The notes beneath the pieces are model-generated. The model searched no databases and had not been told where the DNA came from. It saw only the letters and a list, made by a program, of their open reading frames with translations. Of a stretch of 64,000 bases of DNA, positions 14,341 through 29,345 are shown piece by piece; positions within the stretch are counted from its first letter, which is position 1, and the number at the start of each line of letters is the position of its first letter. Origin of the DNA: the human T2T-CHM13v2.0 reference genome, Homo sapiens; the NCBI RefSeq assembly GCF_009914755.1, contig NC_060936.1; one strand, given 5' to 3'. A program made the translations under genes and the position numbers.

Positions 14341-14436
14341 TTTTTTTTTTTTTTTTTTTGAGACAGTATCTCGCTTTGTTGCCCAGGCTGGGACACAGTG
14401 GCATGATCTTGGCTCACTGCAACCTCCGCCTCCCAG
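14341..14436 (-). mobile_element. Short antisense Alu fragment supplying the alternative splice acceptor
   Basis: T19-gagacagtatctcgctttgttgcccaggctgg...gcaacctccgcctccca. Confidence 0.9.
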
Positions 14437-14449
14437 TTGACTGCTGTAT

Positions 14450-15382
<933 letters not shown>

Positions 15383-15427
15383 TTGAGGACATCGGCAAGA
15401 TGATAGAACAGGAAGTCCCAGGCTCCC

Positions 15428-15731
15428 ATTTATTTATTTATTTATTTTTTGAGACATAGTCTCACTCCCAGGCTGAAGTGCAGTGGCACGATCTCAGCTC
15501 ACTGAACCTCCACCTCCCAGGTTCAAGCAATTCTCCTGTCTCAGCCTCCTGAGTAGCTGGGATTACAGGCATGTACCACCATGCCTGGCTAATTTTTTTT
15601 TTTGTATTTTTAGTAGAGACAGGGTTTCACCATTTTGGCCAGGCTGGTCTCCAACTCCTGACCTCGGATGATCTGACTGCCTCGGCCTCCCAAAGTGCTG
15701 GTATTGCAGGCGTGAGCCACTGCACATGGCC
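15428..15731 (-). mobile_element. AluS
   Basis: (TTTA)n tail and antisense dimer. Confidence 0.95.
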
Positions 15732-17038
15732 AGACTCTCATTCTTCCAAGGAAATATCTAGTAAACAACTAATGACTAAAATAGCTTTATAGGAGCCCTG
15801 GAGACCAAAGATCTGCAGCAAACAAGTAAATGTCCAATCAAAAAAAAAAAAAAAAAGCCATACTCAAAATGGCAGTAATATTGCGGCATTTTAGCTCAAC
15901 CTTGCCCTACCTTCTCTCTGGCATGGCATTGTTGGGAGGAAGTGGCCCATTTTCTGGCTCCCTCTTGCAGGATGAAAGGAAAAGTGTGAAACTTGTTTGC
16001 AATATTCTGACCTGTCTGTGGGCTGACCATGGAAATGATTTCTATATAATCTAACCCAGAGTTCAGATAGAAATGCCAGCATCGTTTGGATATCAGGTTG
16101 GAAAACATTGATGGCAGTGGTGGGTGCCATGGCATGTGAAGACTGCAGGGGGACTTCTGACTCATGAACATCTGGAGATAAGAGATTGCAGAAAGAATAA
16201 TGCAAGAGTTCCAGGCCCTGAGAAGAAGCAGGGATGAGATTCTTAAGGAAATTAAGACATTTAAAAGCAGCTATATATATAGGAGAATGAGGTTGGGGTG
16301 GGAGGGAAGCATACAAACAGACCCAGAGAATGTGTTTGCTGACAAAAGATCTGAGAACAACTTAAGCCTTCATGCTGGCCTTATGAGAAGGTATACCATC
16401 TCCCTTACAGAGACAGTCAGCAAAGACTAGGAAAGGTGGCCGTTTTTCAAATGCCCAATTTTCAACCAAAGCAAAATCACAAGTCATACAGAGAAACAGA
16501 AATATGACTCATTCAAAGGAAAAGAAATTTCCAAAACCAACCCTAAAGAAATACAGGCTTTGGACTTACTAGACAAAGACTTTAAAACAACTGTCACAAA
16601 TAAGTTCAAATAGAAATTTTTTTAATAACCAAATTCTGGAACTGCAAAACAAACACTGAATTGAGAAAATATATTAGAAGTGTTCATCAGCAGATAAAAA
16701 CAGGAAGAAGAAAGAATCAGCAAACCTGAAGACAGGTTATTGGAAATTATCAAGTCTGTGTAGCAAAAGAAAAAAGAAGAAAGTGAATGGAGCCTAAGGG
16801 ACTATGGGATACCATCAAGCCAACCAAAATATACATTAAAGGAATCTCAGGAGAATAGAAAGAAAGGGGTAGAGAGTTTATTTGAAGAAATAATGGCCAA
16901 AAGCTTCCCAAATTTGAGGAAATACATAGATATACAAATACAAGAAGCTGAACAAGCTCCAAGTAGAATAAACCCAAAGAAAACTACACTGAGACACATT
17001 ATAATCAAGCTATCAAAAGACAAAGACTGATTCTTGAA

Positions 17039-17305
17039 GGATGACTACCAGAAGCTGGGAAGGGAGGTAGGGAATTGGGGCAGAAATGGGGATGGTTAAT
17101 GGGTACAAAAAGTAGTTAGAATGAATAAGACCTAGTATTTGATAGCACAATAGGGTGGCTATAGTCAATAATTGTACATTTAAAAGTAACTAAAAGAGTA
17201 CAATTTGATTGTAACACAAAGGATAAATGCTGGAAGTGACAGATCCCCCTTTTGCCCTGATGTGATTATCACACACTGTATACCTGTACCAAAATATCCC
17301 AAAAT

Positions 17306-17356
<51 letters not shown>

Positions 17357-17395
17357 CTACTATGTACCCACAAAAATTTTAAAAGAAAATTTTTA
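17039..17395 (+). mobile_element. L1MA 3'-end fragment containing (AT)22 at 17309-17352
   Basis: gggatggttaatgggtacaaaaag...tactatgtacccacaaaaa. TSD-like aaaga(ct)gattcttgaa. Confidence 0.8.
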
Positions 17396-17860
17396 AAAGA
17401 GATTCTTGAAAGTAGCAAGAAAAAAGCAAATTGTCACATACAAGGGATACTCAGTAAGACTATCAGATTTCTCAGCAGAAACCATGCAAGCCAAAAGGCA
17501 GTAGGATGATATATTTAAAGTGTTGAAAGAGAAAAGAACTTCACCAATAATTCTATATCTGACAAAACTATTCTTCAAAAAATATGAGAGAAATTAAGAA
17601 ATTTCCAGAAAAGCAAATAAAGAAATTTATTTCCACCAGATCTGCCCTACAAGAAATGCTGCAGTGATTTATTCAAGTTTAAATAGAGGCATACTAGACA
17701 GTAATTCAAAACTGCATAAAAATATAAAGTTCCTTGGTAAACACATGAACAAATACCAAAACCAGTATTATAATTTTGGTTTATAATTTCACTTTTTCTT
17801 CCTTTACAGGATATAAAAGCAAAAGCGTAAAAAATAAATCTATATTAATGCTACACAATA

Positions 17861-18011
17861 GGTCTGGGCACAGTGGCTCACACCTGTAATCCCAGCACTG
17901 TGGGAAGCCAAGGCATGTGGATCACTTGCGTCCAGGAGTTTGAGACCAGCCTGGGCAACATGGTGAAACCCTGTCTCTAAATACAATAATAATAATAATA
18001 ATAATAATAAT

Positions 18012-18052
<41 letters not shown>

Positions 18053-18183
18053 GCTAGCTGTGGAGGCTGAGGTGGGAGGATTGCTTGAGCCTGGGAGGTG
18101 CAGGTTGCACTGAGCCAAGATCTCGCCCCTCCACTCCAGCCTGGGCAGGAGAGAGGGACTCTATTTCAAAAAAAAAAAAAAAA
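17861..18183 (+). mobile_element. AluJ-like element with (AAT)10(CAT)12 in its linker
   Basis: Alu arms flank a compound STR at 17985-18050. Confidence 0.9.
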
Positions 18184-19459
18184 TAGTTGCACAATATATT
18201 AAAATGTAATGTGTTATGTTAATAACATAAAGGGGCATAGCTCTAGAAGAGTAATATTTTTATATGAAACTTAAGTTGGTATCAGTTTAAAAATATTGTT
18301 ATAATTTTAGAATATTTTAGAATATTGTTAGAATTTAGAATATTTATATAATTTTAGAATATTGTTATAATGGTTACCAGAAAGAAAATATCTATAGAAT
18401 ATATGCAAAGGAAAATGAGAAGGTAATCAAAAATGTGTCACTACAAAAATAATTAAACATAAAGGAAGGCAAGAAGGAAGGAATGAGGGACAAAGAAAAC
18501 TATAATACTCACAGAAAGAAAATAACAAACTACCAATAGTGAGTCTTGCCCTATCAGCAATAACTTTAAATGTAAATAGGTTAAACTTCCCAATCAAAAG
18601 ACATAGATTGGCCAATTAAATTTTTTAAAACATGATTCTACTATATGCTATCTACAGGAGACTCACTTTAGATCTAAGGACATGCTTAGGTTGAAAGTGA
18701 AAGATGGAAAAAGATATACTATAAAAATAATAACCAAAGAAAGCAAGGATGGCTAAACTAATATGAGACAAAATAGGCTTTAAGTCAAAAACTGTTACAA
18801 GACACAAATGTTGATATTATGTAATGATAAAAGGGTTGATTCATCTAGAAGATATAACAATTATAAACATATATAGCAAACTTCAGAGGTCCTAAATATA
18901 TTAAGCAAACATTGACAGAATTAAAAAGGAGAAAAAGATCTATAATTATAGTAAGACACTTTAATACCCCACCTTTTATTAATGATAGAACAGCTAGACA
19001 GCATATAAGACAGAATATAAGGACACAGAGGTCTTGAACAACATTAAAGACCAATTGGACCTAACAGACATACATAGAATATTTTATCCAACAAAGCAAA
19101 AAAAACACATTTTTTCTCAAGTATATTTGGAACATTATCCAGAAAAATCTACATGTTAGGGCATGAAATAAATTAAAAAAGACTGAAATCATACAAGTTA
19201 TCTCTTCCAACCACTATGGAATGAAACTGGAAATCAATAGCAGAAAAAAATGGGAAAATTTACAAATATGTAGAAATTAAACAATACTCTCTTATACAAC
19301 CATTGGGTCAAAAAATAAAGGAGAAATTAGAAAATATCTTGAGACAAATGAAAATGAAAACACAACATACCAAAATCCATGGGATGCAGCAAAAGCAGTG
19401 TTAATAGGGAAATTTGTAGATGCAAACAAACATATATACTCAAAATGAAGAAAGAGAAA

Positions 19460-20317
19460 ATGGCAACCTTCAGCTAGGTGTGCATGGAAATGGTCCTAAT
19501 TCATGCCTCTGGCCTGCTGCTGCAGCAGCAGCTACCTGGGGCTTGTGCAGCCAAGGGCCCAGCCAGAACACCCAGTAAGGCTCTCTCACTTCCTCAGAAG
19601 AAGGAAGATATTCATGATTACAATGATATAGACATGGCATGTCTTCTGGTAGAGTGGGAGAAGGATGATGACATAAAAAAAGATCTTCCAGAGCACAAGA
19701 GACCCTCAATACCTATCAATTCTTATATATCAACCTGGGCAAGCCTGAAAGCACGTTGAAAATGATGAAAGAAGGGAAGATTCTTATATGTTTGTCGCTG
19801 TATCAGGAACCCCACTGAGAAAGAGAGACGAAATCATGAGCCTCTGTCAGGGCAGTCTTTTCAATGCTAATGAAATGTCCAGAGGTTCATTGTGGGATCA
19901 GACCATACTATCTTCATGCTTCATGATGGAAAATATGCCTGGGAGATCAAGAACTCTTGTCAGTGAAGACAAGTGTGCTGACGCACCTCTGGAGGGACAG
20001 GTGTTCCCTGGCAAAGGAGAAGGAAGGAAGCAAAGAGAAAAATAAAGACAACATTGAAAAGAAGAAGAAAAGAGATCCAAAATCTTGGGCTTTCAATGAA
20101 GACAAGCTGGAAATAGCAGAGAAGACCTGTAACAGGGCAGCCACGGTGGTCTGCGGAAAAGTAGATGGACACACAGAGCTCCTAGCTGGGCTCATGTGGT
20201 TGGGACTGGTGCAGGAAACTGCACACAGGATGACATTCTAGTTTCTTCTAGAAAGAGTCTGCCACATGACAAGTTTTGTGGTCAGTGTAAGAATTATTGT
20301 TTAAAAGGCTTCAAATA
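19460..20317 (+). pseudogene. MESDP1: Processed pseudogene of MESD (LRP5/6 ER chaperone): full-length decayed CDS 19460-20132 plus start of 3'UTR
   Basis: Intronless. Peptides KKEDIHDYNDIDMACLLVEWEKDDDIKKDLPEHKRPS, MFVAVSGTP, SLCQGSLFNAN and DKCADAPLEGQVFPGKG, plus terminal REDL* (20118-20132), match MESD. Premature TAG at 19475 and several frameshifts. Symbol from memory. Confidence 0.92.
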
Positions 20318-23300
20318 CACCCATTGAAAAAAGTGGCATGCCACTGTAAACTCCACGGGACAGCTGAAAAACTGTGAGTTCTCAAAGTGTGAGAGGGGAT
20401 AAGTCTGCCTCCAAACACACATCCCCACTGGGGAACCAGAAAATCCAGATCAAGGGAGAAGGATTTAACCTACCTAGAGCTGAAATAGATTTAGGGAACC
20501 CAGTGAAATATAAAGGTAGAAGAAGCAGTGGGAAGAGTTCTATAGGCACTCCCATTTCCCAGCTTGAGCCCAAGGAAGCCATCCCTGACTTTACCTCACA
20601 GAGATCCTTGGGGAAGGTAGCCAGCAAAATTAGGGAGAGGCCACAGGGTGAAAGAAGCTTCTAGCTGAACTTTGTAATAATTTCAACTGAGCACTAATTT
20701 TCCTGAGCAGAATCCAGGGGATGAATCAAGTGCAGGTACTAGCACAGAAGCTGCAGCTGATGGTGCAGGCAGGCAGGGAGGGTCATGGTCTGAAAGACCT
20801 GCTTGCTTTCTCAGTTGAGAGGCTTGTAGCCTGGGGCAAGATCTCAGCCATATCCACCAGCTGCCTGGATATAAACTCAGCACTGCTGGCAGGGCATGGT
20901 GGGAGTAAGACTGGCCTTGCTGGCTGTGTGGGAGCTGGGTCAGGCCTGTCACTGCCAGCTTTCCCTCACTTCCCTGGCAACCTGCATGACGCAGGAAGGG
21001 CAGCTGTAATCCCTCTTGGAACATAACTCCATTGGCCTGAGAACTACCCCTCCATCCCACACAATGACTGCAGCAACCCCCACCCAAGGAGAGTCTGAGC
21101 TCAGAACCACCTAACCCTGCCTCCACCTGATGGTTTTTCTCTACCTGCCTTGGTAGCCAAAGACAAAAGACAAACTCTTGGGAGCTCTATGGCCCCTCCC
21201 ATTGCCTGACAAACCTGAATACTTATCCTGGACAACTCAGGGCAAACTTATATCCACCTTATACTACTGCAGCTGGTACTCTCTTGAAAGCACCACCTCC
21301 TGACTGGAGGCCAACCAACTCAAGCCATTACAGCAACTCATAACAGAACAACGATGCTCCAAAGAAGGAGAAAACAACAGCTAATTCCACTGCCTGCAAC
21401 ATCTTGGCTAACCAGAGGTCCTGAGTCTGTCCATGTAATTATGTCACTGCCAGCATAACCAGCATGTAAGGAAACCAGTGCACAAAACAAAACTACAAAC
21501 AAGGACTCAGAGAATCCACTTCACAATTCACTCCCCTGCCACCTCCACCAGAGCCGGTGCTAGTATCCATGGCTGGGAGACCTTAAGATAGATCACATCA
21601 CAAGATTCTTTGCAGATATTCCCCAGCCCCAGCCCAGAGCCCAGTAGCCCCACTGGGTTGCTAGACTCAGAAGAGCAATAACAATCACTGCAGTCTGGCT
21701 CTCAGGAAGCCCATCCCTAGGGGAAGGGGGAGAGCACCACATCAAGGGATCACCCCATGGGACAAAAGAATCTGAACAGCAGCCCTTGAGTTCTAGATAT
21801 TTCCAATGAAACAGTCTACCCAAATGACAAGGAACCATAAAAGTAATTCTGGTAGTATGACAAAACAAGTTTCTAGAACACCCCCAAAAAGATCACACTA
21901 GTTCTCCAGCAATGAATCCAAACCAAGAAGAAATCTTAATTGCCAGATAAAGAATTCAAAAGGTTGATTATTAAGCTACTCAAGGAGGTACCAGAGAATT
22001 GTAAAAACCAACTTAAACAATTTTTTTTAAAAAAATACAGGATATGAATAAAACAGTCTTCAGAGAAATAGATGTCATAAAGAAAAAACAATCACAATTT
22101 CTGGAAATGAAAGACACACAGAGAAATACAAAATACACTGGAAAATTTCAACAATAGACTAGAACAAGTGGAAGAAAGAACTCCAGAACTTGAAGACAAG
22201 GCTTTTGAATTGACCCAATCTGACAAAAACAAAGAAAAAAAAATTTTTTAATGAACAAAGCCTCCAAGAAATTTGGGATTATGTTAAACAACCAAACATA
22301 AGATTAATTGCTGTTTGTGAGGAAGAAGAGAAATCTAAAAGTTTGGAAAAATTATTTGAGGTAATAATCGAGGAAAACATCTCTGGCCTTGCTAGAGATC
22401 TAGACATCTAAATACAAGAAGTTCAATGAACACCCTGGAAATTTATTGCAAAAAGATCATCACCTAGGCACATAGTCATCAGATTACCTAAAGTCAATAA
22501 AAAGGAAAGGATCTTAAGAGCTGGGAGGCAAAAGCATCCAGGTAACATATAAAGGAAAACCTATCAGATAAACAGCAGATTTCTCAGCAGAAACCCTACA
22601 ACTTCAAAGGGTCCTATCTTTAGCCTCTTTAAACAAAATAATTATCAGCCCAAAATTTTGTATCCAGCAAAACTAAGCTTCATAAATGAAGGGGAGATAA
22701 AGTCTTTTTCAGACAAACAAATGCTGAGAGAATTCACTGCTACCAACTGAGCACTACAAGAAATGCTAAAAGGAGATATAAATCTTGAAACAAAACCTTG
22801 AAATACACCGATATACAACCTCTTTAAAGTGTAAATCTCACAGAGCCTATAAAATATTAACACAATGAAAAAAACACAAGGTATTCGGGCAACAATTGGC
22901 ATGATGTAAATGGCCTAAATTCTCCACTTAAAAAATACAGAATGGCAGAATGGGTAAAAATCCACCAACCAAGTATCTGCTGTCTTCAAGAGACTCACCT
23001 AACATGTAAGGACTCCCATAAACTTAAAGTGGTGGAAAAAGATATTCCATGCAAATGGAAACCAAAAGTATGCAGGAGTCGTTATTCTTATATCACAAAA
23101 CAAATCTCAATAAATTTAAGAAAATAAAAATTACATCAAGTACTTTCTCAGACCACAATGAAATAAAATTTCAAATTAACTCCAAAGGTACCCTCACAAC
23201 TATACAAATACATGGAAATTAAATAATGTGCTCCTGAATGATCTTTGGGTCAACAATACAGTCAAGATGGAAATTAAAACATTCTTTGAACTGAGCAATA

Positions 23301-24990
23301 ATAGTGACCTATCAAAACCTCTGAGATACAGCAAAAGTGGCGCTAAGAGGAAAGTTCATAGCCTTAAATGCCTACATCAAAAAGTCTGAAAGAGCACAAA
23401 CAGACAATTTAAGGTCACACCTCAAGGAACTAGAGAAACAAGAACAAACAAAACCCAAACCAAGAGAAGAAAAGAAATAACCAAGATCAGAGCAGAATTA
23501 AATGAAACTGAAATGAACAAAAAAATACAAAAGATAGATGAAACAAAAAGCTGGTTCTTTGAAAAGATAAACAAAATTGATAGGCCACTAGTGAAATTAA
23601 CCAAGAAACTAAGAGAGAAAAACCAAATAAGCTCAATTGGAAATGAAATGGGAAACACCAAAACAGTATGGTACTGGTATAAAAATAGGCAGATAAACCA
23701 ATGGAACAGAATAGAGAACCCAGAAACAAAGTCAAACACTTACAATCAGCTGATCTTCAACAAACCAAACAAAAACATAAAGTAAGGGAAAGGACACACT
23801 ATTCAACAAATGGTGCTGGGATAATTAGCAAGCCACACAGAACAATGAAACTGGATCCCATCTCTCACCTTATACAAAAATCAACTCAAGATGGATCAAA
23901 GACTTAAATATAAGACCTGAAATCATAAAAATTCTAGAAGATAACATCAGAAAAGCTCTTCTAGACATTGGCTTAGACAAAGACTTCATGACCAAGAACC
24001 CAAAAGCAAATGGAACAAAAACAAAGACAAATAGATGGGACTTAATTAAACTAAAAAGATTCTGCACAGTAAAAGAAATAATCAGCAAACAGACAACCTG
24101 CTGAGTAGGAGAAAATATTCACAAACTGTGCATCCAACAAAGGATCAATATACAGAATCTACGAGGGACTCAAATCAGAAAAAAAAAATCCCATCAAAAA
24201 GTGGGATAAGGATATGAATAGACAATTCTCAAAAGAAGATATAAAAGTGGCCAACAAACATAAGAAAAAATGCTCAACATCACTAATTATCAGGGAAATG
24301 TAAATCTAAACCACAATGCAGTACCACCTTACTCCTGCAAGAATGGCCATAATTTAAAAATTAAAAAATAATAGATTTTGGCAGGGATTTGGTGAAAAGC
24401 GAACACTTTTAAACTGCTGGTGGAAACATAAACTAGTACAACCACTATGAAACATAGTATGGAGACTCCTTAAAGAACTAAAAGTAGAACTACCATTTGA
24501 TCTGGCAATCCCACTACTGGGTATACCCCAGAGGAAAAGGAGTCATTATATGAAAAAGACACTTGCACATGCATGTTTAGAGCAATACTATTTGCAATTT
24601 CCAAAATATGGAACCAGCCTAAATGCCTATCAATCAGTGAGTGGATAAAGAAAACATGGTATATATACACCATAGAATAATACTCAGCCATAAAAGGACA
24701 AAATAATGCCATTTACAGCAATCTGCATGGAGTTGGAGACCATTATTCTAAGTTGATTAACTCAGGAACGGAAAACCAAATATTGTATATTCTCACTTAT
24801 AAGCAGGAGCTAAGCTATGAGGATGCAAAGACTACACATTGGGTACAATGTACACTGCTTGGGTGATTGGTGCACCAAAACCTCAGAAATCACCACTAAA
24901 GAATTTATCCATGTATCCAAATATCACATGTTCCCCCAAAAGTACTGAAATAACTTTTTAAAAATAAGAGTTAAATTTAAAAAAAAAAAG
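20318..24990 (+). mobile_element. L1PB1-like element with 5'UTR, ORF1 and 3' end but large internal ORF2 deletions
   Basis: L1PB-type 5'UTR (gaaaaactgtgag...aacacacatccccactgggga). ORF1 remnant at 21.8-22.8 kb. 3' end gagctaagctatgaggatgcaaag...cagaaatcaccactaaagaa. Confidence 0.85.
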
Positions 24991-25283
24991 ATAAGAATTG
25001 ACCAAATTCCAACCAAAAAAGACAATAGAAACAGACTTAGAGACCTAAATAATGAAATTAACAGATATAGACCCTGAAACAACTGCAATTAATGTTTTAA
25101 AAAATAACAAGATAGAGAATTGTGACAGAGGATTAGAAAGTATAAAACAGTAAACATAAATGTTTGAAATAATGGATATGCTGATTACCCTGATTTGATT
25201 ACAACTGTATACATGTATCAAAATATCACTTTGTATCTCATAAATTGTACAATTATTGTGTCAACTAAAATTTTTTTAAATAA
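24991..25283 (+). other. Putative 3'-transduced segment (old L1M fragment plus L1MA 3' end with AATAAA at 25279)
   Basis: Lies between the L1PB A-tail and the 3' TSD copy at 25284-25298. Confidence 0.6.
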
Positions 25284-27248
25284 AAAAGGTTTCAAATAAG
25301 AAGACAAAGATTTTCTAATTATATTGAACTCTGACAAATTCATGTTTACTATAAAATCATCTTAAATAGAAAAAAAGATTTAAATGAACACCCTAAATTT
25401 ATGCCTTAATGAGGAACCAGAAAAAAGACCAAACTAAACCCAATGCTAGCAGAAGAAATAATAAAGACTCAAATAAGTAAAATCAGAAATGAAAAGGGGG
25501 ACATTCCTACCAATTTTTACAGACAGAATAAAAAGATTATGAGAGTACTATGAACAACAGATTGAATATCATAGATGAATTGGACAAATTTTAGAAACAC
25601 ACGACCTAACAAGACTGAATTGTGAAGAAACAGAAAATATTAACATATCTATAACTAGCAAGGAGACTGACTCAGTAATGAAAAACCTCTTGTCTAAGAA
25701 AAGCCCAGGACCAGGAAATTTTACCGGTTAATTCTACAATACATTGAAAGAAAAACTAATGCCAATCTTCCTCAAACTCTTCCAAAAATTAAAGAGGAGG
25801 GAACACTTCCAAACTCATTCTATGAGCCCAACATCAACTTGATACAAAATCCAAAGGCACGACAAGAAAAGAATTAATTAATTAATATTGATGCAAAAAT
25901 CCTCAAAATACTAGCAAACAGAATTCAGCAGCACATTAAAAGGACTGTACATCATGATCAAGTGGGATTTATTCCTGGAATGCAAAGGATATCTTACCAT
26001 ATGAAAATCAGTCAATATAATGCAACACACTAAGAGAACAAAGGTGAAAAAAACAAACCAACCACATGATCATCTCAATTGATATAGAAAAAGCATTTGA
26101 CAAAATTCAATACTGTTTCATGATGTAAATACTCAACAAACTAGGAATAGAAGGAAGCTACCTCAGCATAATGAAGGTCATATATTGAAAGCCTACAGCT
26201 GCATCACAGTCTATGGTAAAAGATTAAAAGCTTTTCCTCCAAATTCAGGAACAAGAGAAGGATGCTCACTTTGCCACTTCTAGTCAACATAATACTAGAA
26301 GTCCTAGGTAAAGCAATTAGGAAAAAAAAAAAAAGAAAAGAAAGGGCATCCAAGTTGGAAAGGAGGAAGTCAAATTATCTCTGTTCACAGACAATATGAT
26401 CTTATATGTAAAAAACCCTAAGGATTCCACACACACCCCAAAAGCTGTTAGAACCAATAAATGAATTCAGCAAAGTTGCAGATACAAAATCAAAACACAA
26501 AAATCAGTTGTATTTCTACACACAAACAAAGAAAAATCTAGAACAATTAAGAAAACAGTTCCACTTACCATAACATTAAAAAGAATAAAATACCTAGGAA
26601 TAAATTTAATGAAGCAGGCAAAATACTGTACACTGAAAAACTATAAAATGTTGCTGAACTAAAAAAGACACCAATAAGTGGAAAGACATCTCACGCTCAT
26701 GGAGTGGAAGACTTAATTTTGTAAAGATGTCAATAGCACCTAAAGAAACCTACAAATTCAATGCAACTTCTATTAAAATCCCAACAATTTTTGCAGACAT
26801 AGAAAAATCCATCCTAAAATTCATATAAAACTTCAGTGGACCACGAATAACCAAGACAGCCTTGAAAAAGAACAAAGTTGGAGGTCTCACACTTCCTGAT
26901 TTCAAAATACCACAAGCTTACAGTAATTAATCAAAATAGACATACAGACCAATGGAATAGAAAGAGCCAGAAATAAACCTTCTTATGTATGGTCAAATGA
27001 TTTTCAACAAGGGTGTCAATTCCCAATTCAATGGGGGGAAAAGACAGTCTTTTCAACAAACGGTATTGTGAAAACTGAATATCTACAAGAAAAGAATGAA
27101 GTTGGATCCTTACATAACACCCTACACAAAAATTAACTCACAATGGATCAAAGACTTAAGTGTAAGAGCTAAAACTATAAACTCTTAGAAGAAAACATAG
27201 GAGAAAAGTCTCGTGACATTGAGTCTGACAATGATTTCTTAAATATGA

Positions 27249-27620
<372 letters not shown>

Positions 27621-28449
27621 CCAAAGGACACTATTAACAGCATAAAAAGGCAACCCACATGATGGGAGAAAATATTTGCAAATCATATGCCTGATAAGAG
27701 ATTAATATCCAGAATATATAAATAACTCCTACAAGTTTACAACAGAACAATAACCCATGAAACAATTTAAAAATAGACAAAAGACGTGACTAGCTATTCC
27801 TCTTAAAAAGATATAAAATGGCCAATAAGCACATTTTTAAAATGCTCAGCATCACTAATCATTGGAGAAATGCAAATCAAAACCACAATGAGATATTACC
27901 CAACACCCATTAGGATAGCTACCATTAATAAAAAATAACAAAAATAATAAATATTGTCAAGGATGTGGATAAATGGGAACCCTTGGTATTGCTGGTGAGA
28001 ATGTAAGATGGTGCAGCCACTGTAGAAAACAGTATGGCCATTCCTCAAAAAATTAAAAATAGAATTAACATATGATCCACCAATTTCACTTCTAGGTATA
28101 TACCTAAAAGAATTGACAGTAGGGACTCAAATAGATGTCTGTACACCCGTGTTCATAGCAACATTATTCATAATAGCCAAATGTGGAAGTGACGCAAGTG
28201 TCCATCAATGGTAAATGGATTTTTAAAATGTGGTAAATAAACATAATGGAATATTATCAGCCTTAGAAAAGAAGGAAATTCTGACACATGCTACCACATG
28301 GATGAACCTAAGTGAAATAAGCCAGTCACAAAAGTACAAATCACACAGGGGTATGATTCCACTCATATGAGGCTCCAAGAGTAGTCAAAATCATAGAGAC
28401 TGAAAGAATGTTGGTTACCAGAAGCTCGGGGAAGTGAGAACGGGAGATT

Positions 28450-28553
28450 GTTTTTGGTTTTTTTTTTTTTTAGGGTTGAGTCTATGTCATCCAGCCTGGC
28501 CTTAAATTTTGGACTCAAAGCTGGAACGATATGCATGCACCACTGAGCCCAGC
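28450..28553 (-). mobile_element. Degenerate Alu monomer (FAM/FLAM-like) fragment
   Basis: Poly-T then ...atccagcctggccttaaattttggactcaa...caccactgagcccagc. Confidence 0.55.
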
Positions 28554-28684
28554 ATGGAGTTATTTTCTTAATGGGTATAAGAGTTTACGTTTTGCAGGAT
28601 GAAAAGAGTTCTGGAGACTGGCTGTATAATAATGTGAATGTACTTTACACAACTGAAACAGTACATTTAAAAATAATTAAGATA

Positions 28685-29345
<661 letters not shown>

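Noticed and set aside
15385-17850. Segmental duplication with 52160-54250
   Set aside because: Similarity is confined to L1 5'UTR/ORF1 sequence, with different nested Alus and different flanks. These are independent copies of one family.
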